From a virus (Duplodnaviria > Caudoviricetes): 64,000 nucleotides of DNA. A program made the translations under genes and the position numbers. Below, piece by piece: positions 18,247 through 27,029 of the stretch. Positions within the stretch are counted from its first letter, which is position 1; every line of letters starts with the position of its first letter. The notes below the pieces were generated by a model. That model saw nothing but the letters and a program-made list of their open reading frames with translations, did not search any database and had not been told where the DNA came from. The DNA lies in IMG/VR virus record IMGVR_UViG_3300001580_000006, positions 1-64,000 of that record; one strand, written 5' to 3'.

Positions 18247-19283
18247 AAAGAATAATACTTACAGTGTTCTCCATAGCCATACTAGCCAGCATCGCCATAG
18301 GCCAAATAGCTACAGATATTAAGCTAACGCTATTCGACCCGGCCGACTCTACGTGGAAAACAGCAGCTGGAAGACCAGTAGAGAGTGCGCCGTGGGGCCG
18401 TGGAATAATTGCTAGAATGTGGACTGATAATGGCACCACCTGGACCCCACTTGGTCCTGTTGGTGACTCTACCAGACTTACTTCAACTTCTATAGTAAAT
18501 CAACTTTTTGCCGCTATAGATGACTCTGGGCGTGGAGCTTGGACTAGCTACATAGAGATTGATTCATTTAAAATGATATCAGGAAAGTTGTCTGGTGGAC
18601 TAAGCATTGGAAGCGCTCCTGTAATTACATGCTCTTTTTCTCCTGGTGGAGGCGCCCCTGTTATAGAAACAAGTACTCTAACCTCAGTATACGGCTCTCT
18701 TGTGCTCTGCGGTGGTGATGATGGATGGGGCCGTGGTGCACTTTACGCCGTAAGTATGCGTGATACATCAGTAGAACCCTTTGCTGGAGTTTGTGGGTAC
18801 GATTGTAATTATGATGGTATTCGTGAAAAGCAAGTTTATATTGGTGGCGTGGGCTGGCAGGCACCAAATGCAAACTCTGTAGTAATCTGGTCGACCCAAA
18901 CCTATGCTGGCGACCCAGACGGTTTGGATGGGCAATTAGGTGCATACTTGATGCCTGGCGGTAGTTGGCTGTTCAAAAGCTTAGGTGTCGGCGACTTCAA
19001 CAGTAGTTATAGCGGTCTATACAATCCTGTGGCTTATAAGGTATATGTTGAGGGCGGGCTTAGTGTAGATAAAATAAATACGTCCGATAGCATTACCGGC
19101 TTCGATGGTAGTGAGACTATTAGCAACTTTGGTGCCTACTCTACGAAAGACACTCTCTCACCGTTTGTTGTTGGCGATCCAAATACAAACGGTTCTTGGC
19201 GGCTAATCGGTAGCGGCGACGATCTCGTAGTACAAAGAAAAGAGTCAGACGTATGGGTAACAAAACAAACCTATAGCCCATAA
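18243..19283 (+). CDS. fibre/adhesin-like protein with Sec signal peptide
   Basis: MKRIILTVFSIAILASIAIG-Q signal; beta-rich; C-terminal GDPNTNGSWRL..GDDLVVQR. Confidence 0.55.
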   Translation: MKRIILTVFSIAILASIAIGQIATDIKLTLFDPADSTWKTAAGRPVESAPWGRGIIARMWTDNGTTWTPLGPVGDSTRLTSTSIVNQLFAAIDDSGRGAWTSYIEIDSFKMISGKLSGGLSIGSAPVITCSFSPGGGAPVIETSTLTSVYGSLVLCGGDDGWGRGALYAVSMRDTSVEPFAGVCGYDCNYDGIREKQVYIGGVGWQAPNANSVVIWSTQTYAGDPDGLDGQLGAYLMPGGSWLFKSLGVGDFNSSYSGLYNPVAYKVYVEGGLSVDKINTSDSITGFDGSETISNFGAYSTKDTLSPFVVGDPNTNGSWRLIGSGDDLVVQRKESDVWVTKQTYSP

Positions 19284-19292
19284 GGAGGCACT

Positions 19293-19406
19293 ATGACACA
19301 GGATGAGCAAGCAAAAATGGATGCGCTGCTTCAAGAGAACGAGGCATTGTATAAAGTAATTGATGACACATTTGCGTGGCTTAAAGAACACGTAACTGGT
19401 TCCTAA
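19293..19406 (+). CDS. small coiled-coil hypothetical protein (37 aa)
   Basis: RBS AAGGAGG; MTQDEQAKMDALLQENEALYKVIDDTFAWLKEHVTGS; below the ORF-track cutoff. Confidence 0.55.
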   Translation: MTQDEQAKMDALLQENEALYKVIDDTFAWLKEHVTGS

Positions 19407-19408
19407 AT

Positions 19409-19945
19409 ATGAGATACATCGTAATGCACCACTCCTACACTATAAGTGGGAAAACTGTTAGTTGGGATGATATCAAGAGATATCACACTTCTTGGAGATA
19501 CAAAGATAGTATTATCTCTAAAGAGGATGCTGAGGATTTGATATCAAAAGGTAAGGCTGTGACGGAGCCATGGGCCGATATAGGATACCACATGGGTGTA
19601 GAGGAGCTAACAACTGGTATTATAATTGTACAATTTGGTAGACCACTAGAGCAGTCTGGGGCACACGCCAAAGGCTACAACACCAACGGCTACGGTGTGT
19701 GTATAGTTGGTAATTTCGATAAAAACGAGCCTAGCGAAAAACAATGGCAGACAGCCATTGAAGTAGTTCGAGGTTTAATGGTAAAAGATAATATTCCGGT
19801 GTCAAATGTAATTGGTCACTGGGAAACCTTTATAGCCAAAGGACAAGCTAGTAATAAAAAAGAGGCTCAAAAAATTAAATCATGCCCGGGTTTGAAGTTC
19901 GATATGGTAAAGTTTCGGACTGAACTTGGTACATGGACAGTTTAA
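19409..19945 (+). CDS. endolysin, N-acetylmuramoyl-L-alanine amidase (Amidase_2/T7 lysozyme-like)
   Basis: IVMHHS, DIGYH, GAHAKGYN, GVCIVGNFD, IGHWE and KSCPG zinc ligands. Confidence 0.92.
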   Translation: MRYIVMHHSYTISGKTVSWDDIKRYHTSWRYKDSIISKEDAEDLISKGKAVTEPWADIGYHMGVEELTTGIIIVQFGRPLEQSGAHAKGYNTNGYGVCIVGNFDKNEPSEKQWQTAIEVVRGLMVKDNIPVSNVIGHWETFIAKGQASNKKEAQKIKSCPGLKFDMVKFRTELGTWTV

Positions 19946-19961
19946 CTAAAAGGAGTATAAC

Positions 19962-20315
19962 ATGATCGCTTCAATCATTGCACTATCTGTAATTCTGGGT
20001 GCCACAACCGCTACCGTTGTTGAGTTCTTCAAGAAAGCCGCTGCTGCTGGCAAAGCATTCTTTGTAAAGATCATCGGTGGATGGAAGACAATCGTCACCG
20101 CAGTAGTAGTTGGCTTGATAGTAGGTGCAGGCTACAAGGCCTTACTTGTAACTGGCCTAGCAGCCCTATTTCTATCTGCAGCCCAGGTCACGGCGCTTGC
20201 TGCCTTTGCTGGTATGCCATGGCTCGGCTTCATAGCTGCCGGCGGATATTCTGGCGCAGTTGTGTCTGGTGTCATTAGTCTTATATCTGGTTGGCTAAAA
20301 CCATCAGTAAAATAA
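19962..20315 (+). CDS. holin
   Basis: Small 3-4 TM protein directly after the endolysin; RBS AAGGAG. Confidence 0.7.
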   Translation: MIASIIALSVILGATTATVVEFFKKAAAAGKAFFVKIIGGWKTIVTAVVVGLIVGAGYKALLVTGLAALFLSAAQVTALAAFAGMPWLGFIAAGGYSGAVVSGVISLISGWLKPSVK

Positions 20316-20322
20316 CTAAAAA

Positions 20323-20364
20323 GTTGCCGGCGGAGGCAAAATCTTTAAGTCTCCGCCATGCAAC
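20323..20364 (+). terminator. stem-loop after the lysis cassette
   Basis: GTTGC-C-GGCGGAGGC ... GTCTCCGCC-AT-GCAAC; no U-tract. Confidence 0.5.
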
Positions 20365-20451
20365 AGATTCCTTCGTAAACACTTGTAAATAGTGGGTTTC
20401 CGCAAAAATATGACTATATGTTGTATAACGACGTAACCTATTAGTTGCAAG

Positions 20452-20485
20452 CATTTTGGCCTTTCTACATGATTCGTGCTATAAT
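20452..20485 (+). promoter_or_regulatory. promoter, CATTTT-N22-TATAAT with extended -10
   Basis: GCATTTTGGCC...GTGCTATAAT upstream of HNH 20497 and the head operon. Confidence 0.65.
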
Positions 20486-20496
20486 TAGAACAATAA

Positions 20497-21024
20497 ATGA
20501 TAGATATATCTGGTAAACATTTTGGGCGCCTTACGGCTGTCAAAAGAGCACACAGGGCAAAGAATGGGGAATATACGTGGTTATGTAATTGTAGCTGTGG
20601 TGGCAAAACAACGGTGGCCCTCAATAGTTTAAAAAAGGGACTTACAAAATCCTGTGGCTGTTTGCAAAGAGAAGAAGCCTCCATACTGCACAAGGTGCTG
20701 CCCCACCCAAAAGGATCGGCGCATCCTAGCTGGAGAGGCGGACTAACTAGACTTGGGACCGCCATACGGAATCTGCTTGAGTACCATCAGTGGCGTAGTG
20801 CTGTTTTCCACAGAGATGGGTTCACCTGCCAGAAGTGTGGTAATAAGGGTGGCTGTTTGCACGCACACCATAAGAAGCATTTCCAGACTATTATTGACGA
20901 ATACAACATAACCACAGTAGAGCAAGCAATAGCTTGCGAAGAACTATGGGATATCTGGAATGGTACTACTCTTTGTAAGGACTGCCACAAAGAAACACAT
21001 GAAAACCTAGGAGAGGTAAATTGA
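20497..21024 (+). CDS. HNH homing endonuclease, DxxGxxFGRL N-domain (family A nuclease)
   Basis: DISGKHFGRLT..WLCNCSCG..TKSCGC; RDGFTCQKCG; AHHKK; TLCKDCH. Confidence 0.88.
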   Translation: MIDISGKHFGRLTAVKRAHRAKNGEYTWLCNCSCGGKTTVALNSLKKGLTKSCGCLQREEASILHKVLPHPKGSAHPSWRGGLTRLGTAIRNLLEYHQWRSAVFHRDGFTCQKCGNKGGCLHAHHKKHFQTIIDEYNITTVEQAIACEELWDIWNGTTLCKDCHKETHENLGEVN

Positions 21025-23096
21025 TGGAACTTAAATTTGACCGCAAGCGTAAGCTATGGGTCGGAATTGATGCGATTCAAGTTCCTACTAGCGGAATAAA
21101 CGTAGACCGCGCCAAGCAGTTCTTAACCGATGACAAACAAGAACGGCATGCTCTGGCTGTTGAAATGGCGATCACACACGCAGGGTTTATCAATCTGAAT
21201 AAAAGGTTATACCTTGAACGTCAGATGTCAGAATCCACCGAAACCTGGCTTAAGCCCCACCCAAAGCCAGTGATTCGTACGCACGACATCCACTCAGCAG
21301 AACCAATTGGGCGCATGTACGCAGCCGAATATCGCACAGACCCGGGCATCGGAGCCTCAGTAAACGCAAAGAACGTAACTGATGATGATGTCAAAAAATT
21401 CTTTGAAACTTACAAGCCTGGCAACAAACCAACTGGGCATATATATGCCGGCTTCTATGTAACCGACGCTGACGCTATTGACAAGTGGCTTGATGGTCGC
21501 TATCAAACAGTATCAGTAGGCTTTACGACCAATGAAATGTTTTGCTCTGTGTGTGGCGAGAACTTTGCCGCAATGACCCCAGAAGAGTATATGGAGCACG
21601 AACATGTTCCTGGTAAGGATGACTGTTATCTAGCTGTTGGTAGAATGGAATATGATCACTTAGCTGTGGTCAATCTACCTGCTGACGAGTATGTACACGT
21701 TGCTTCAATGAAGCTGTCTCGTGAGACATTCGGTGATTCTATAAAACAGAAAGTATTTTATATAAGTAAAGATAACAAAACCCTATCACTAGGAGATGAG
21801 GCGGCCACACCTATGTCAAAATTAGATCTTACACCAAAAGAGGTGAAGGTAATTTGGCCGGCAGATGCTAAATCTTTAGTCGAGGGTGATGCTAAAAAGG
21901 CTAACTATCTCGCGTTTGAGAAAGAAGGTCATATGCATCGCTGCATTGTTGATCCAGCTACTGGTAACGGATGGACTGACTATGCTCTACACCACTCACA
22001 CGACATTACGAACAAGGTTATCGACGCCTACCCGGATGTCTTTGATTATAGTGTAGATGTAGAACCAGGACAAACCCGCCCAATACTGGTAAAGGGTCAC
22101 AAGCATACCTTGGGTGAAGAGATAGAGCCTCTGACAGATTCTGAGCAGACTAAACACATCTATGAGTACGTATGCGACGAATGCCTTGGAGAAGTATCGG
22201 AAGAGGATACCCTCGAAGCACAAGTAGCAATGGAAGACGAATACCCAAAAATCATGGATGAGTTACTAGCTGCTGGAAAAGTGTCCGCAGATGCAAAATT
22301 GTCGGCAGCACAGCGTAAAAAGCTAGCCGCATCTACCTTCTGTGGCCCCGGTCGCTCCTTCCCAGTCCCTGATTGCGACCACTATACTGCAGCTCTGCGC
22401 TTGCTAGGTCGCTATAAAGGGTCTGCCGAAACCAAGGCTAAGATTCACGCCTGCGTAAATAGCAAAGGCAAGAAACTTGGCTGCACCAAGGGAGACGAAG
22501 CAGTGCCAGAAACCACAGCACCGGCTGAGCTTACTCTTGAACAAATTCTTGCTCGTCAAGACATTATTGACCATATCGCTTCGCTGATGGCAGCACACGA
22601 TGAGGAAAAGAGTGCCCTTAATGAGAAGATAACCACTCTGACTACCACTGTTTCTGAGCTGACTACCAAAGTTGCAGAACTTGAGGGGCAGCTTGGCCAG
22701 GCTAGCAAAGATGGTCAAGACAAGCAAGCCACAATAGATGCACAGATTACGCAGAATACAAGTCTATTTAGAAAGAACAAAAGTGTTCTAGTAGACAACA
22801 TTATCCTACGTTCTCTGATCGCTAAATCGGGTCAGGTATACGAATCTATTATACCAGGAGCTACAGACGACTTCGACGCAAAGGTTCTAAGCGTACGCAC
22901 CAAGTTAATGGACGAGACAACCGAATCCCTAACCACCAAGCTCGAAGCAATTGGTCCAATAACGGGGATATCAGATCTTAGCAAGCTTACCCCTGGTGAC
23001 TTCCGCGGCAATGATGGCAAAGAAAAGCCAGCCACTGCTCCGGCAGTGCAGCCAGAAGCTAGCAAGCCGTCCTTGGGCCAGATTTATGAGTACTAA
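21024..23096 (+). CDS. prohead maturation protease fused to scaffold-like coiled coil
   Basis: ITHAG..N.NKR.Y, KPVIRTHD..PIGR, DGRYQTVSVG..CSVCG and AVVNLPAD; C-terminal coiled coil; upstream of capsid genes. Confidence 0.8.
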   Translation: MELKFDRKRKLWVGIDAIQVPTSGINVDRAKQFLTDDKQERHALAVEMAITHAGFINLNKRLYLERQMSESTETWLKPHPKPVIRTHDIHSAEPIGRMYAAEYRTDPGIGASVNAKNVTDDDVKKFFETYKPGNKPTGHIYAGFYVTDADAIDKWLDGRYQTVSVGFTTNEMFCSVCGENFAAMTPEEYMEHEHVPGKDDCYLAVGRMEYDHLAVVNLPADEYVHVASMKLSRETFGDSIKQKVFYISKDNKTLSLGDEAATPMSKLDLTPKEVKVIWPADAKSLVEGDAKKANYLAFEKEGHMHRCIVDPATGNGWTDYALHHSHDITNKVIDAYPDVFDYSVDVEPGQTRPILVKGHKHTLGEEIEPLTDSEQTKHIYEYVCDECLGEVSEEDTLEAQVAMEDEYPKIMDELLAAGKVSADAKLSAAQRKKLAASTFCGPGRSFPVPDCDHYTAALRLLGRYKGSAETKAKIHACVNSKGKKLGCTKGDEAVPETTAPAELTLEQILARQDIIDHIASLMAAHDEEKSALNEKITTLTTTVSELTTKVAELEGQLGQASKDGQDKQATIDAQITQNTSLFRKNKSVLVDNIILRSLIAKSGQVYESIIPGATDDFDAKVLSVRTKLMDETTESLTTKLEAIGPITGISDLSKLTPGDFRGNDGKEKPATAPAVQPEASKPSLGQIYEY

Positions 23097-23125
23097 ACCT
23101 ATCAAGTTACGGAGGAACTTCTAAC

Positions 23126-24280
23126 ATGTCTCAGCATTTTTTACCGCTAGGACTTACCCCACAGCGTGAGCTTAAGCAGCTAGGGGCACAATGGCTGGAA
23201 GCCAAGGATCGCGGTCCTCACATTCGTTCGAATGAGATTACCCCCGCAGTTCCTTTCCTACCATTCCGTTGGCTACCTGCGCTTCAGTACGTTGACAAAG
23301 TCACTGGACCAATGCGTGAAGGCTATGTAATGTTGAAGGGTACTATCGTATCCTCAATCAACATTCTGCAGTCACAATCAGTGGCTATCAGCGGCGGCAC
23401 CGTTGAAGGCAACCAAACACCCTGGGATAACGCCCAGCAGTGGGTACTGTTCACCAATCATGACGGTACAACCACCCCGATCACTCTGGAGAACTCCTAC
23501 TACGGCTACGGGCCAGACATCCACTCTCTATTGGTGCCAGCCAACGGTGGAGAAGCCCAGACCGTCACTATGACAACCAATGATACCAGCATGGGCAGAC
23601 TTCGTCCAGATGGTACTCTGATGGAAGTAGGTGACTCTCTAACCCTAAGTGCCAACGTGCCCATCGGATGTATTATGGATGATGCCGGTGTGGACTACCG
23701 CGGCCAGTGGCTTAACTATCACCCAGAAGCCAAAATCCTATTCAATGTTTATAAGCAAGGCGCCGTAGATTATCCATATCTAGACACTACAGCTTATGCA
23801 GCCAACTATGCTCTGGCCGGCGGAACACACGACTTCGAGGACATCAAACCGACGCTAGACAAACTGTATCGTTATTTCTATGCCCCAACAGCTTCCATGC
23901 TGAATGGCTCGAAGATCGTTCCAGATGAAGTTGGTAACCCAACCGTATACGTAGAACCTACTTTCACTGGTAGTGTTCCTCCAACTGTAGCCGAAATCCA
24001 GACCGGACTAGACGCTCACACTTGGGCACAATCACAGATCGTAGGATCTCTAGACGGAGTCAATCCAAAGCAGCCACATTCCCTGAATGATCTGCATGAC
24101 ACCATGCTAGGCAGCGGAATGACCGGCACCGACACAGGTGGAGTAGAAGCCGAACTATTTTGGTTCGTCCACGCAGTTCTAACTCTTGGTGCAAACGTAT
24201 CACCAACGATTGCCAACATCAAGAGCGCGATTCGCAAGGGCCATTTTGGTTTCGCAACCATCTGGTTCCATATCGTTTAA
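23126..24280 (+). CDS. capsid decoration/cement-like structural protein
   Basis: Lies between protease and MCP; strong RBS GGAGG. Confidence 0.55.
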   Translation: MSQHFLPLGLTPQRELKQLGAQWLEAKDRGPHIRSNEITPAVPFLPFRWLPALQYVDKVTGPMREGYVMLKGTIVSSINILQSQSVAISGGTVEGNQTPWDNAQQWVLFTNHDGTTTPITLENSYYGYGPDIHSLLVPANGGEAQTVTMTTNDTSMGRLRPDGTLMEVGDSLTLSANVPIGCIMDDAGVDYRGQWLNYHPEAKILFNVYKQGAVDYPYLDTTAYAANYALAGGTHDFEDIKPTLDKLYRYFYAPTASMLNGSKIVPDEVGNPTVYVEPTFTGSVPPTVAEIQTGLDAHTWAQSQIVGSLDGVNPKQPHSLNDLHDTMLGSGMTGTDTGGVEAELFWFVHAVLTLGANVSPTIANIKSAIRKGHFGFATIWFHIV

Positions 24281-24308
24281 TCCGCGCTGAAGTAGGAGGA
24301 ATATATAA

Positions 24309-25715
24309 ATGTATACACAGCAACAGGTTATGGCACTATTGGATCAGGTCGGGGGCGCTTATCAGCCAACCGAAGATCAGAAGAAACTCTGGTCTTCACG
24401 TAGAAAAGTAGCTAACTTAGCTGACACTTTCCTTAACCACGGGTTTGCCCCCGATGGCGAAATGAAGCGTCTAGGCGACGTTATCACCTCTACCGAGCTA
24501 AAGCCCTTCGTAGAGCCTGCAATTCAGTATGTCATCATTTCAGCCATGGCTCCGAAACTCCTTGTTTCGACTTACCTCTTCCGCGAGATGCAGGTCAACA
24601 AGGAAATCCTCAAAATGGGGTTCGTGGGTCCGCTAAAGGCTGAGCTCATTCCCGAAGGCGGTGAATATCCTGATATCACCTGGGCAATGAGAGAGACCGG
24701 TGATGCCATAAACATCACCCCCTTCAAATACGGTTTGAAGATTCCTATCACCGAGGAAGCCATTGCCAAGTCCGAATGGGACGTAATCTCCTTCTGGTTC
24801 GAAAGAGCTGGTTGGGCCCTAGCAACTCGTAAGGAAGAAGAGGCAACTCAACTTCTACTAGAAGCCGGCCACACCTCATTTGACAACAGCAATCCAACTG
24901 CAAGTGCTCATGGTTGCACCACTGGCCGTGCCGTAACCGGCGCTCAGAATGGAACCTGGACACTAAATGACCTCATCACTCAGTGGGCAGATCTAGCAAT
25001 GCTAGGCCTGACCCCAGACACCATCATCATGAACCCACTAGCTTGGGCCGTGCTGCTGGCAGATCCTGAACTGCAGAGCGTCATCCGCAACTCGACCATC
25101 ATGCAGGAGAAAATGCCTGGTGGAGAAGGTGCACCTGGCTTCGGTCAGTCATTCCACGGCGGGCTAGGACTATGGTCCAAATCCACTGGTTGGAACTGGA
25201 ATAGCAAAGAGCTAGTCCCAACTCCTCCACTGGTTCCACCGGCCACCACTGGCGGACGTGAAGGCTCCGATCCTTGGTCTTGGGGTCTAAACCCAATGGG
25301 CGCTAACTTCGTAATGAGCGGTGGGATGTTCCCAGGCCCAGTACGTATTCTAGTAACCCCAACTGTCTACATCGACTCCGATGGTTTCGTAAATCCGAAC
25401 CCAGGTGGCGGTGGTGGGCTCCCAGCTAGCGGAACTCTAGCAGTAACAGATATCATAATGGCAAGCTCGCAGTACTGCGGTATCACTGCCACCCCAGCCG
25501 GAGCAGTTATCAAGTTCGACGAGTGGAACGATCCATCCCGTGATATCCGCAACATAAAGGCTTCGGCACAGTGGGCTATGGCCATCCTGGCTCAGGGTAA
25601 GGGCATCAATATCGCTCGCAAGATCGTTATCGACCGCAACTACGCCTTCAGTAACGTCAATAGCATCACCATCACCGACCCGATCTCGAAGACCACAACT
25701 TTCGCTTCTGCCTAA
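24309..25715 (+). CDS. major capsid protein (HK97 fold)
   Basis: AELIPEGGEYP, KYGLKIPITEEAI..S.WD and PDTIIMNPLAW patterns; RBS AGGAGG. Confidence 0.9.
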   Translation: MYTQQQVMALLDQVGGAYQPTEDQKKLWSSRRKVANLADTFLNHGFAPDGEMKRLGDVITSTELKPFVEPAIQYVIISAMAPKLLVSTYLFREMQVNKEILKMGFVGPLKAELIPEGGEYPDITWAMRETGDAINITPFKYGLKIPITEEAIAKSEWDVISFWFERAGWALATRKEEEATQLLLEAGHTSFDNSNPTASAHGCTTGRAVTGAQNGTWTLNDLITQWADLAMLGLTPDTIIMNPLAWAVLLADPELQSVIRNSTIMQEKMPGGEGAPGFGQSFHGGLGLWSKSTGWNWNSKELVPTPPLVPPATTGGREGSDPWSWGLNPMGANFVMSGGMFPGPVRILVTPTVYIDSDGFVNPNPGGGGGLPASGTLAVTDIIMASSQYCGITATPAGAVIKFDEWNDPSRDIRNIKASAQWAMAILAQGKGINIARKIVIDRNYAFSNVNSITITDPISKTTTFASA

Positions 25716-25727
25716 TCGCTGAATGCC

Positions 25728-25755
25728 GCAGGGTGGGGCGCAATCCCCACCCTGC
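25728..25755 (+). terminator. GC-rich stem-loop after MCP
   Basis: GCAGGGTGGGG-CGCAAT-CCCCACCCTGC, an 11-bp perfect stem with a weak U-tract. Confidence 0.7.
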
Positions 25756-25778
25756 TTAAAACCAACAAGGAGAAACTG

Positions 25779-26384
25779 ATGCGCAAATTTTTCGCATTAC
25801 TGCTTTGCATGGGTTTACTGATGGTGGGAGCAGCCTCGGCCCAGTATATACCTTATGGTGCCTATCGGTGGACAAAGGTAACCGCCTTTGACTCACTGGA
25901 AGTAGATACCTTAAAGTGGACTACAGCGTCTGGAAGTATTCCTGCTAATTTTTGGTTGCCAACAATCAAGTATAGTGACTTACTTCTAACACTATCTGTG
26001 ACCCACGCTTCCCTATCACCAAAGTACCTAGTCTACGTGGACTACCGATATATCTTTGGTCCAACTAGTGCTGATACTGTAACCCAGACTTATACCATTA
26101 CCCCTGGCGACGACACCCTAAGAACTGCGATCACTCATAATCTATTGCAGTACCCAAATACCTACACGTTCTCTACAACTCTCGATAGTTCAGCTTTCAT
26201 GGCTGACTCGGTTGTAACTGTAGGAGATACACTAATACGGATCGTCGGTACCAATGTAATAGGCGTCACTGGAAATGCATTCGCTCCGCCTGAGAATCCA
26301 ATGTATGGATGTGAAGTCAGAGTTCGTGTAAAATCATTCCGTGCTGGTCTAATACTAAATCGCAACGTCTGGTTCCGTAAGTAA
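25779..26384 (+). CDS. capsid-adjacent beta-rich protein with Sec signal peptide
   Basis: MRKFFALLLCMGLLMVGAASA-Q signal with AxA cleavage site; RBS AAGGAG. Confidence 0.65.
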   Translation: MRKFFALLLCMGLLMVGAASAQYIPYGAYRWTKVTAFDSLEVDTLKWTTASGSIPANFWLPTIKYSDLLLTLSVTHASLSPKYLVYVDYRYIFGPTSADTVTQTYTITPGDDTLRTAITHNLLQYPNTYTFSTTLDSSAFMADSVVTVGDTLIRIVGTNVIGVTGNAFAPPENPMYGCEVRVRVKSFRAGLILNRNVWFRK

Positions 26385-26389
26385 TACCC

Positions 26390-26423
26390 AAGAGGGTCGG
26401 GCACTAACCCGCCCGGCCCTCTT
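26390..26423 (+). terminator. GC-rich stem-loop
   Basis: AAGAGGGTCGGGC-ACTAACCC-GCCCGGCCCTCTT. Confidence 0.7.
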
Positions 26424-26441
26424 TAAAATTGTGGAGGAAAT

Positions 26442-27026
26442 ATGGAAAATACACCAGCTCAGGAAACTAAAAGCACAAAAGGTGCCACAGACTTAAAAGC
26501 CTATCTAGTTTTACAAGGTCAGGTTATGTTCGACGACAAAACGACTGGCGTCAACCTAAACCTGTTTAAGCCCGAGAATTCATTCTGCAAAACACCAAAG
26601 AAGGTACTTGAGTCTCCAGAAAAGTACCCTCAGCTGCTTGCAGCTATTAGGCTCGGGCATATCTGTACTACAGATAAAGCTCCCACCGAATTCACTCAAA
26701 ACAGATATAAACCATCTAGCACCCCATTCATGGATATCTTAAACCAGGGTGTCCAGGAATTCAAGGTCCGCATTGAGCGAATTCAGTCAATTGAACTAAT
26801 TGGTCAATTGTCTACTGTTGAGAGCGCACGCAAAAAGCAAGAAGGTGGACCTCGCCCACAATACCTTAATCTACTAGAGCAAAGAAAAACTGATCTAATC
26901 AGGGCACTTGAGAAGAGAAACTCTGGAGCCTATGACGATAATCAGAGTGCTCTTAAGCCGGCTGTGGTAGCAAAACAGATAATCAAAGCAAAAGAACTAA
27001 CTAAGAAACCTACTCGTAAGAAGTAA
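26442..27026 (+). CDS. hypothetical head-completion region protein
   Basis: RBS GGAGG; located between capsid and neck genes. Confidence 0.55.
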   Translation: MENTPAQETKSTKGATDLKAYLVLQGQVMFDDKTTGVNLNLFKPENSFCKTPKKVLESPEKYPQLLAAIRLGHICTTDKAPTEFTQNRYKPSSTPFMDILNQGVQEFKVRIERIQSIELIGQLSTVESARKKQEGGPRPQYLNLLEQRKTDLIRALEKRNSGAYDDNQSALKPAVVAKQIIKAKELTKKPTRKK

Positions 27027-27029
27027 TAA

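Noticed and set aside
11485-25715. Inteins or group I introns hosting the HNH genes in TerL, portal or MCP
   Set aside because: These genes are uninterrupted with normal motif spacing; the HNH genes lie between genes and I see no intron core or intein splice motifs.
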